From Trichinella spiralis (lineage: Eukaryota): a DNA stretch of 64,000 bases. Both the position numbers and the translations under genes were made by a program. The number at the start of each line of letters is the position of its first letter. Positions within the stretch are counted from its first letter, which is position 1. Below are positions 54,031 through 64,000 of this stretch, piece by piece. The stretch covers positions 2,191,848 through 2,255,847 of the forward strand of contig NW_003526945.1 in assembly GCF_000181795.1 (NCBI RefSeq), read 5' to 3'. The notes beneath the pieces were generated by a model that did not search any database, was not told the origin of the DNA, and saw only the letters and a program-made list of their open reading frames with translations.

Positions 54031-55050
54031 ATGATGATGTTTCGAGAATTGGTGAAATCTGATATCACTGATGGGCAGGAGAAAAATCCAATTCCTGCTT
54101 ATAATAGATATGGGTCGAATCCACCGGATCTGGAAAATTTTGTTTACTCAAGAAGTGGAAAAGTCGAACCGAATTTGCCTTTGATTACTTGGAGAAAACT
54201 TCAAGGATGCAAATGCAAAAATGGTTGCTCAGCAAAGTCTCGATGCCCGTGTATTCTTGAAAACAAGATGAAGAAGCCGGCCATTGGGTTGGACCTGCGC
54301 CTGAGAAGTGGTTATTTCCAACAGGGGCTCAGAGTACGAGATTTTAACATCAGAGAATGTGGACCGGCCTGTGCCTGCGACATGACATGCCCAAATAAAC
54401 AATCACAGAAGCCGACAACGAAGAAGTTTTATATTGAAATGACCGCGGCGAAAGGTTGGGGCTTGTTTGCGGATTCCTATCTGCTTCCTCGAACATTCAT
54501 CTGCGAATATGTTGGTGTTCTTCGAGTCCACGATTCCGATGAAAATGCTCCCACAAATCCTTATTGCATGCAAGTGATAAGCAAAACTAATGATATGCAC
54601 GGCATTTATGTCGACAGTCAGAATTTTGGGAATTTTTCGCGCTTCATCAATCACTCTTGCGCTCCGAATGCTCTCGCAGTTCCGGTGTTGGTGGAATACG
54701 AAGATCTTAAATTGGCTAGAACTTGTATTTTTGCTTTGCAACCCATTCAGCAGGACCACGAAATAACGATAGACTATTCTTATACATTTTGGAACGCAAA
54801 GAACGCTCCATTACCGTGTATGTGCCGATCTTCATTATGTCGCTATTCTGCTGATCCCTATCCACCACTTCCACCGTTGCCCCCACTGGATCAGAGCCTG
54901 CCCGAATTACCACCGTCCCCACCACCATTACCACCACCAGAGGAGGACACACCACCGCCACCGCCACCGCCACCACCAGAGGCAGAAGCACCACCAGCAG
55001 CGGTGCAGCAAGGTCTGTCGACGGATGAAGAGCCGATGGATGTGAATTGA
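54031..55050 (+). CDS. Histone-lysine methyltransferase (pre-SET/SET/post-SET), G9a/GLP-like catalytic module with polyproline tail; single-exon CDS
   Basis: Nine pre-SET cysteines (CKCKNGCSAKSRCPC...ECGPACACDMTC), KGWGL, FICEYVG, RFINHSCAPN, EITIDY and post-SET CMCRSSLCR. An in-frame TAA lies between the upstream acceptor (54002) and the ATG. Confidence 0.92.
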   Translation: MMMFRELVKSDITDGQEKNPIPAYNRYGSNPPDLENFVYSRSGKVEPNLPLITWRKLQGCKCKNGCSAKSRCPCILENKMKKPAIGLDLRLRSGYFQQGLRVRDFNIRECGPACACDMTCPNKQSQKPTTKKFYIEMTAAKGWGLFADSYLLPRTFICEYVGVLRVHDSDENAPTNPYCMQVISKTNDMHGIYVDSQNFGNFSRFINHSCAPNALAVPVLVEYEDLKLARTCIFALQPIQQDHEITIDYSYTFWNAKNAPLPCMCRSSLCRYSADPYPPLPPLPPLDQSLPELPPSPPPLPPPEEDTPPPPPPPPPEAEAPPAAVQQGLSTDEEPMDVN

Positions 55051-56057
55051 AATGAAATAATTGAATTAATACAATAATGGAATGGGAAATAAACTGAACT
55101 GGATAAATTGAACTTTGTTGTATAACTTGACGATAAGATTTTCTTTTCATAAACCCCTTGAAAGTAGTATTGTTTGCATACGTCAAAATTTAGAAATACA
55201 AAACAATGTATTACAGCCGAAGTAGAGTTGAAATTGAATTTTCGATAAACACTTTTTATTCTACAATAATAAGTGTTAAATGATTAAATCTTGAAACTTT
55301 GTTAAAATAATTCTGACAGCCAATTTCCACAATTGCGACAGTATATTTTAATTTAATTAACAAGCGTTGTGCATCATCACTAACATTGTTTAATTCTGTT
55401 TGAAAGCAAAATTGCTTTTTTTTTCTCAATTTTATCATGCTATTAAAAGCATGGAACGCAAATTTAGAAGGCTGTCGATTGCTTTTCTGATTTTAATATA
55501 AAATTACGTTTGAAATATATCTGTAGAATACTGTAAATTAAAAGATAAAAATGTACAAATTTTGGTACATTTATATATTCTTGTGCATCTATTACATTTG
55601 AACATGTACTTTTGCAGAAACATTAATAAACTGATGCATGCTTGTATTCAGCATTATTTCAGCTTTGCTGAACAACATGGAAAATATTCACTATTTTCAC
55701 TTAAACTTTACAGTTTTTTTTAAATATTAGAAACTAATTATTACTGCAAGTGGCCAAATCTATTAAAATGCTTTGCTTATATTTCACAGTTCTACGCAAA
55801 TAAATGAAATTTAATTTTCACGTATTAAAGGCATACTTTTAATTGCCAACAAAAGTTATACTGTAAAAATGTATTTCTCATCTTGATAATCAGGCAAACG
55901 CTTGGTAATTTGACAATGTTGATGCATTTTACTACGAGACGGTGAATGAAGAGATAAATTTCACACATCAAATATGGTATTTTCATTTTAAACCATTAGC
56001 TACTGCACTGTGTTTTTACCACGTCTTCACGCGGATTGTTCAGCATACTAGCCTCCA

Positions 56058-58727
56058 ATGATATCTGCTAAGCTGACTTCAAGCTACCTGTTTTTTTCTT
56101 ACTTTAATAAAGTTGGCCGTAAATTTGTCAGAAATGACTGCTCAGAAATGTTATGCTCTGTTTATGCTTATCAAAGACGACTGTGCTTTACCCAAATGAA
56201 ATATCAGCTCACTCACATCGAAGTTGATCAAATGTTGAGAAGAAATGAATTCGCAAATACGATGAATGGTTAAGTAATTTTTTTTCGTTTTACATACTTA
56301 TCTATTGTAAACTTTTTTGAGTTTTTTACTTGAAATTAACGATATGTAGATACTGTTTTTTGATTTGAGTATAATTTTTGTTGGAACAGTGGTGGAATGT
56401 AATTTTTACCATTTCAACAATCAAGTTGACTAATATTACAATTTCAATGATTTGATTGGTGTTTCATTTCAATTTATCACTGTTCCATACATAAATGTTG
56501 ACTATAATGTTGCTATCGTACAATGGCAATTGTTGCATTAAAATGATCGCTTCATTTCTGTGTATGTGTGCGCACACGTCAGCATTTTCGCATTCGAATG
56601 CTTTTTGTTTCATCTTCATATTTCATAATCTGTAAATTCAGCAATTGTTTTTTCTAATTTTTGTCAGTAACGTTTTAGATTTTATAATTGGCTATCATTG
56701 TAATCAGTTAGTTGCGAATGCTCCCTGTGAAGATCATCGCTCTGAAGGATATTTTCAGCTCGACAATTCATATTTTTTCGGAAGTTTGTTTTTTTTTTGT
56801 TTTGATATTGATATTTCATTTATTATATTTTGTTGATTTTAGTTTTCGACGGTCATGCCGGTACGCATTGCGCTCGAACTGTGGCCAGTCGACTTTACGA
56901 CTACATGGCATTGCCGTTGCTACCGGAAAAGTTGATCCGCGAAGTTTCCCAGGGTTTCCATTTGCCTCTAGTGAAAATGCTCAACACTAGTTCGAATTAT
57001 GTATTGTCAGCAGATTTGAAAGATTTGCATGCAAAACATCTGCGTGACTTTAGTTTGGAATGTTTGCAAAAAAAAGATTCTTTAAGGTAATTTTTATTTT
57101 TATTTTTTAATAAATCTTTTTCGTGAAAATTCTTTTCATAAATTTCATTATTTAATTTTAACAACAGTAGATATGTGCACCACATTTATTCCATACAATA
57201 TACTTGAAATGCAAGTTTGAATTATTTATTCATTTACGATGTTGATATTATTTATATTATATTAGGATTTGAATTAGGGATTGAAGAAAAATACAAAAAT
57301 TTTCTCGTTTCATTTCATAGAATGAATTCAATATTGAAAGTTTTACTAAATTCTACAGTAGAAGTGATATTATGTTGGATTACATTTTATTACTTGTATT
57401 TAGTATTGAACTGAAATAAATATTCAAATTATTCTTTTTCAATTTTTATATTTTTCGTTTAAAAAAATATACACGTAATGATTGATTTTCAAAAAAGAAA
57501 AACGTAAGAAAATGTTTTTTTGAAGAAAAAATTGTCGTTTTGCAGAAATGTGAGGCAAGCGTTCAAGTGGGCATTCAAAGCGTTGGACGACGATTTGTGC
57601 GAAGAAGCTATGCAAATGCATTCAGGAAGTCCTGATTTGAGCGCACTGCGCCGCGTGTTGGCCGGTTCGTGTGCTTGTGTAGCCTATGTGAAAGGTCAGG
57701 ATATGTACATTGTCCAGGTTGGGGACAGTGGAGCCGTTTTGGGAGTCAGTACAGATGAAGCACACTGGACTGCGAGAAAGTTGAACGAAGATCACACGGC
57801 CGACAATCAGAAGGAGGTGAATCGCATCAGATCCGAACATCCGCCAGGGGAAGCGTTGACAGTGTTACGATGTGAGCGGCTTCTTGGTGAGCTGTATCCT
57901 CTGCGAGCTTTCGGTGATGTCAGGTAGAGATTATTTGCTTTCGATGGTGGATAAATGGTGTGCATTCGTTCCATTCGTTGGATAATGGTGTGCAATAAAA
58001 AAAAAGAATTCATCGATTCTATCATAATATTAATTTTTATGATGTTTTTTTTGCAAACGAAAAATTACAATTTAGATATAAATGGCCATTGAAACAGCAG
58101 AAGGAAATCATTGAACCGTACATCAAGTTGAGACGTCCACCGATGAATTATTTGACGCCTCCGTATTTAACCTGCGAACCGTCCGTTTATTATTATCGCT
58201 TGACGGAAGATGATAAATTTCTAATATTAGCTTCAGATGGTCTCTGGGAAATGGTTGTACCCGAAGCAGCTGTACGATTTGTCGCCAATCACGCTATCGG
58301 TGTTGAAACATTAACCCCGTACCAACGACTACCTGATGCTACACTGAGACAAGTATATCAATTAGTTGTTGGAAAGTGACATATACCTGTATATTTTTTT
58401 TTAATTTTAAATTGTAATATTTTAAAATTGACGATTATTGCTGATTTATTGTATGTATATATATATATATATATTTTTTTTTTTGTTTTGAAGATATTGG
58501 AAGATTTGCGAGATCGAAAACGGAGAGAATCGAAACGTCCAGTGGATGTGAACAGTGCCACGCATTTGATTCGTCATGCGTTGACCAGCGATGTTAGCGA
58601 TGAAAATGTTTATGCAGCGCTGTCGGCCACGCTGAGTATACCAGAATGCGCTGCAAGGGCATATCGTGATGATATTACCGTCACCGTTGTCTACTTTCAT
58701 CAAATACATATGAAACATCACGTGTGA
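56058..58727 (+). CDS. PDP1: Mitochondrial pyruvate dehydrogenase phosphatase catalytic subunit (PP2C family), 6 exons
   Basis: NQLVANAPCEDHRS, FFGI|FDGHAG, GSCACVAYV, VGDSGAVLG, DHTADNQKEVNRIRSEHP, RLLGELYPLRAFGDVR|YKW, NYLTPPYLTCEP, LASDGLW, DVNSATHLIRHAL and YRDDITVTVVYF. The basic, non-acidic N-terminus fits a transit peptide. Confidence 0.95.
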
Positions 58728-60281
58728 AATAAGTATGAATAAATCATTATTATTTACTACTTTTATTAAACAAAAAAAACTTTATATCGTAATGAATAGG
58801 GGCGCAGCACAGTTTGTGGAGTTGGTGTAGTTGTTCAATTTTGAAGCAATTTTACATCTGTTTGTTATTAATTAATTATTCTCTACAGATGCAATGATGT
58901 TGTTGTCGATGATTATTTTCAATGTCATTGTCTATGCGAAGCTTTGTCTGACAAATATATTTCAATGCAACCATTGCAACAGCGTTCAATTGCTTGCTTG
59001 TTTGCTCACTTTTGCACTTTTCCACGCGATGCTATTTCCCATTTTCCATCACCGCTAGCTTAGCCAACCAATAATAATTGCTTGGTTTTTTTTTCTTCTA
59101 TTTGTCAGCACTGCAATTTCACATTGGACCATCATTGATGATGCAGTTCGGGATTTCAATCAATTTTCACAATTGGCATCCACGAACGGCCGGCCATTTA
59201 AATTTAAATATTTTCAATTGCTCACTCGTGCGAAATATGAGCACGCAAGCTACGGTTCGCACTTTTGTGATGCGCAGGTTACTTTGTTCGGTTTCAATTT
59301 TATCCACTTTTCTTTAATTATTATTTGTTGGTCGTTGAATTTCAATTTTCACGCGTTTTTCATATTAATTAAAATGTCGATCGAAGCTGGTAAAAACCAA
59401 TTTTTTTTTAATAACTTACATTAAAAACCAATTAATTCTGTGTAAACATTGTGTTTTTCATATAAATCTTAAAAAATGACATTTATCAAATTGGTGTAAT
59501 ATTTTTGAAGTATTGGTTTGTTTTCAAATTGAAATCGAATCAGAAATGTTTATGAATAATTTGTTGTATATTATTTGAATTTTAACTGAACTTTTATTAG
59601 AAAAGATCGATTAGTCATCGTTTACTGTTGTTGAATTGAACGACATGGAACGTTGATTCGAACAATTGTTTGTTCATTGTTAGCTGCTTATATTGGAAAA
59701 GTTGTAAATTGTTGTTATATATATGTTTTATAAAAGAAGAGAAAAAGTCCCGTTGGTTGTTGTTTAATGCACATGAATTGTTGTCGATCAGCTCATTCCA
59801 TTTCCTTGTTTTTTGCAAGCAAGCAGAAAAGCTGGTGACGTGTTGTGTTTATTTTTTTTCTAAATGGAAATATTTCCTCCAAACAAGTGGCATGAAATTT
59901 TCAGTTGAAATAAATTTGCATATTGATCAGTTGCTGTGAACGAATCTTGAAACTGTATTATTTTTTGCATATTTTTTTTCTTGCAAAGCGAGAAGAAGAG
60001 AAAAAAAGAGCTGCAAATATTGTTTGTTGGTGAATTGTTGTTTTTTAACATGTGTTTTAACATCTGAAACAAATGATAAAGTTTGACAAGCGTGGTTCGG
60101 CAAACATGCGAAGCACAGAAATTAGCTGATATTATGATTCGTTAGCGGGTGTGGGTTTTTTTCCAATGCGAGAAAATGAATATAAATCGTTGTCATCGAC
60201 TGTCATTTGTGGGGTTGTGGGTATTTGAATAATTTTAATTTTGTATACTCTGTCGTTGAAGGGTTCAGACAGCGGTTGCTT

Positions 60282-61022
60282 ATGGCGTCGTTGTTGGATT
60301 TTTATTCTTGGAACGTCCATTCGTTGCGTTTGTACCGGCACAAATGTGCCCCTCTGAATCCGGTACGTTGGAAAGAATGTTGGCTGCTGTTGCAAAACGA
60401 CGGAACAGTGTTGTGGTATAATGACAAGCAATTTTCTGCCGTCAAGGGCCAGGTGAATTTGCGTTCAGCCGAACTGCATTTTGGCCAACGAGCGTTGAAC
60501 GAACCGGGTCTGCATCCGCCCAGGGCTTTCACTGGGCACCAGGACCAATTTTGCTATTTTGCCCTGGTCGACAATGGTCCCGGTGGTGCCGTGGGTCGTC
60601 GAATGGAACAGTGGTTCGTTGCGAAGCATCGACTCGATTTGGTGGCTTTCATGTGCGCAATAGCTCGAATTTTCAAAGTGGGCACGGAATTTCACGTTTT
60701 TGTCGATTCGTCGTTCATTTCAAGCACAACATGCGCATCCGATAGATTCAACAACTCTACCAGTTGCTGTTTCAGTGGACCATCGTCCGACGACGATCCA
60801 CTAGTGGTTCCATGCAAATTAGATTCGGGCGACATGTACAACCAGTTGAAGAGCATTGTTGAACGTAAAGCAGAACAACAACAAATTCCAAACGAGCCCC
60901 CCACTGAAGAACATGTCAGCAAAGCAAATTGCTCGGTTGGCTTCGACATTGCCGTTACACCATTGCTTAACAACCAACCTGCCGTCACTTGTGAAGAAGA
61001 TGTGATTGATCTTAAATTTTGA
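60282..61022 (+). CDS. PH-domain protein, evectin/PLEKHB-like; start uncertain (ORF open from 60207, first ATG at 60282)
   Basis: RWKECWLLLQNDGTVLWYND...KGQVNL...GQ...PP...FAL...WFVAKHRLDLVAFMCAI follows the PH-domain strand and helix pattern, resembling PLEKHB2 RWKKNWFDLWSDGHLIYYDD. GC-rich coding-like composition. Confidence 0.7.
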   Translation: MASLLDFYSWNVHSLRLYRHKCAPLNPVRWKECWLLLQNDGTVLWYNDKQFSAVKGQVNLRSAELHFGQRALNEPGLHPPRAFTGHQDQFCYFALVDNGPGGAVGRRMEQWFVAKHRLDLVAFMCAIARIFKVGTEFHVFVDSSFISSTTCASDRFNNSTSCCFSGPSSDDDPLVVPCKLDSGDMYNQLKSIVERKAEQQQIPNEPPTEEHVSKANCSVGFDIAVTPLLNNQPAVTCEEDVIDLKF

Positions 61023-64000
61023 TATGATTTCCATTTTGCCCGTTATGTTTTCCTGATTCTAATTTCACAGCAACACTTGATTCGAATTCGACTGTTTGAT
61101 TCGCTTATTTCATGCCTATTTTTTGACATGCTGTGTGCAATTGTATTTGCTTTTTTGTCAAGGAAATAAATAACAGTGGAAACAGGAAGCTTTTTCACAC
61201 TGAACTCTTCTGATGATGATGATGAAAATGAAGAAATGATGCTCATTTGTCAGCAATTACCAGCGGCTTGTGAATTTTCATTTCCTGCGTTGATTATCAA
61301 TTTCTCGCTTGCTTGGAGAGTGAATAATGGATGAATCGTATGGAAAGTAAGAAAAAAGAAAGATTAATCAAGCTACTGCAGCTTTTTCCATATTCAAACT
61401 GTTAATCGTTGCACGACTGCATTTGCGTACATCTACAATGTACTGTTGTTGTTGTTGTTTGCATTATTGAACACAATGAGGCGATGAGATATCATTTGAA
61501 TCAAACATCATGAAAACATGATGCACAATCAATTTACACTGCAGGTAATTTAATTATTCACATTTATGAAATGTTATTTTAAAAGTGAATGATTATTCTT
61601 TTCTTTTATTTCACTACTTGTTCTGTAACAAGTAATAATTATGTGATGATTTATTTTTAAAATTTTGATATTTGATTTTCAGGTTAGAGAAGTTTATTCA
61701 AAAATGAATATATAAAGTTAGTATTCTTTCAAAGTAGGTTACTGTGCAATATTTTGAACATCCATTTCTCAGTTGTGTTTGTGAAATTCTTGCTACAAAC
61801 AGCTTCATCTCTGATATTTTTTTTTATTATTTACAAGTTATGAGTTTTTTGATTAGTATTTTTTTATGACACTGAAATGATTGCAGTTTGGTGCGATGGA
61901 AAAGCGAATTGATTCACTACAGTATCTCATTATTATTATTTGGGTTTTTCTTGCAGTGCTTAATTCACAATCTACTGTGAGGAAAGGAAAAAAAATTAAT
62001 TTTAAACTATTTTCTTGAAGTAATAATTTTATTGCAATAATCTTTTTGCAAAATTACTTTTCATGTTGTTCATTATCATTATCATTATTATTGTTGTAAA
62101 TTATCATAATTATGCACACTCGTCAGAACAGTTTACCAAGCCGTGGGCATTTTTATTCATCTGCTAATCCATCATTTGATCACAATAACAGGAAAGTTAA
62201 TTTTTTTTAACTTTTCTCAGCATGATTTGCTAATCACTACAGTGCAGTTGTGAAATATGGGGGACTTGACAACTTTTGACAAACCACTACTGAATAATGG
62301 TCATAAAATAAAAAGGTAGTAAGAAGATTGATTATTTCTCGATTCTATTATATACTTTGTTCATTTTTCGTACAATATTTTAAAATAATTAATAGTGATA
62401 TTTTTCATTTAACGAACAGAAATTAAAATTCGAATTCGTTACTGCATTCGTTGTTCAAAATGGAGAAGGGATTTTAATTTTCCGGGCAATTGCAAAGTTC
62501 CATAAGAGCATGGCAATTTCAACCTGTTCGAATAAGTTGCCAAATTGCAGCAGAATTTAGTAAGGAAAAGTTTCAAAATCTTCAACAGAAAGTTATTTTT
62601 AAGCATTTTGAAATGGTAAAAGAAATTTATTCACTTGACATTCATCAACGTGCCAACATGAATTGTTTTTTCAATCAACGTCCAATTTGGAAATGGACAA
62701 TTTTTTCATTTCATTTTTTATTTTTATATCAAATTGTTTATTGCAAAAAAAAGTATATATCTACATGAACACATGTGATTGTTGTAATTATGTATGGTGG
62801 TCAATTGCATTATTGCATGCTAATAAAATGATGAATAATGACAATGATGAAATTGAATTGGAAAACAGTTTCTGACGCAAAACTATCTTTTTGAAAAGCA
62901 TAAATAAAAATTTACCAAGAATTTACCAGCATGTCAAATGTTGCTTTCTTGCCTCTTCCTGGTGTTGATTATTGACTTATGTGACCAAAGTGTGCATATT
63001 CAACGATACGCTATTTATGTTGTTTACTAGATAAACAAGAAGCAAGATAAAAATATTAGGTCATATGGTGTAACCATCATTTGCTCATTCTTCCTTTTCA
63101 ACTGTTAAGGTTATCCAACTGGGTATGACAAACTGATACTATTCCCACGGTGGAGTTTTTTCTCAAGGGGAAGGAAGAATAAAAGGAAAAAGAAAGTTAC
63201 ATTTTCCCCAAGCTCCTGTAGCTTTCCGAATGTGGGCCAGTTCAAACAACACGCAGCATCTGAATGAAATTGTAAAATGTGTAAAAGTTTCTGCCAATCA
63301 AAAAATCGTGTTCAAAAACATTATAATACAGATTGTAGATACAGATTTATTGTTACTCATTTTTCCCATTCATTTGCATATACTGCATTCGTTCATTCAT
63401 TCATTCATTCATTCATTCATTGATATTTCTTGTATTTTTAAAATCTATTAACAATTTCTATCTTGTATTATTATTTGCAGTTTATACAACTTTTGCAAAC
63501 GTAATTCATGTCCAGCTAAATTGTAAAACACAGAAAAGACTGCACTGTTGTGTTCATTCTGTTGGCACGTGTTTCTCACACTTCAAACATACTCTGACAG
63601 ATGCACTTATTGATTTCATATTTCATATGAAAATGAAAAAATTATTTAATTGTCTGCTGTCAGTTGAGAAAAGTGATGAAATAATTTGTTTTCAAGATGA
63701 AGCTTAAAATCTAGTCCGTACATAACTGAATTCACTGTTGAACTTATTCGACAACTGTAAAATGATTCATCTTGTTGGAGATTCATGATTTCAGGTTGTT
63801 GTTTATCAAATTCTTTTTCATAAAATGAGAAAGAATTTGTTTATTTTGCGCAATTTCACAAATATGTTTATTTTATTTCATAATTTCTAAATGGAAAGAA
63901 TTTTAATTTGCCAATTTAACTTTTCAACGCATGACGTCATCATTATTCTAATGAAAATGATATGGTGTTTTCTTGGACAAGCGCTGTTTTGTTCATTACG

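Noticed and set aside
51836..55463. 12-bp inverted repeat (TTTGCGTTCCAT / ATGGAACGCAAA) flanking the SET gene, suggesting a transposon-borne gene
   Set aside because: Many 12-bp inverted matches are expected by chance in 64 kb. There is no TSD and no transposase.

Overview
AT-rich eukaryotic genomic DNA with compact genes and many short (mostly 45-70 nt) GT-AG introns. The style suggests a nematode, probably Trichinella-like (inference only). Twelve protein-coding genes can be built by hand: actin (-), SEC63 (-), intronless NIPP1/PPP1R8 (-), a 16-exon single-C2H2-finger gene almost invisible in the ORF track (+), a DEPDC7/LET-99-like gene with no recognisable DEP domain (+), two tandem ShKT-haem peroxidases (-), a PHF20/MBD-R2-like gene with a TTF-type zinc finger (+), a peptide GPCR with QRY in place of DRY (-), an intronless G9a/GLP-type SET gene with a polyproline tail (+), pyruvate dehydrogenase phosphatase (+) and an evectin-like PH-domain gene (+). 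I found no rRNA, tRNA, CRISPR array or intact transposon, and no evidence of a multi-gene novel system. The best leads are the PHF20-like protein with a possibly transposase-derived finger, the hidden zinc-finger gene with a triplicated exon pair, and patchy near-identity between the peroxidase paralogues. Family calls rest on recalled motifs, not on database searches.
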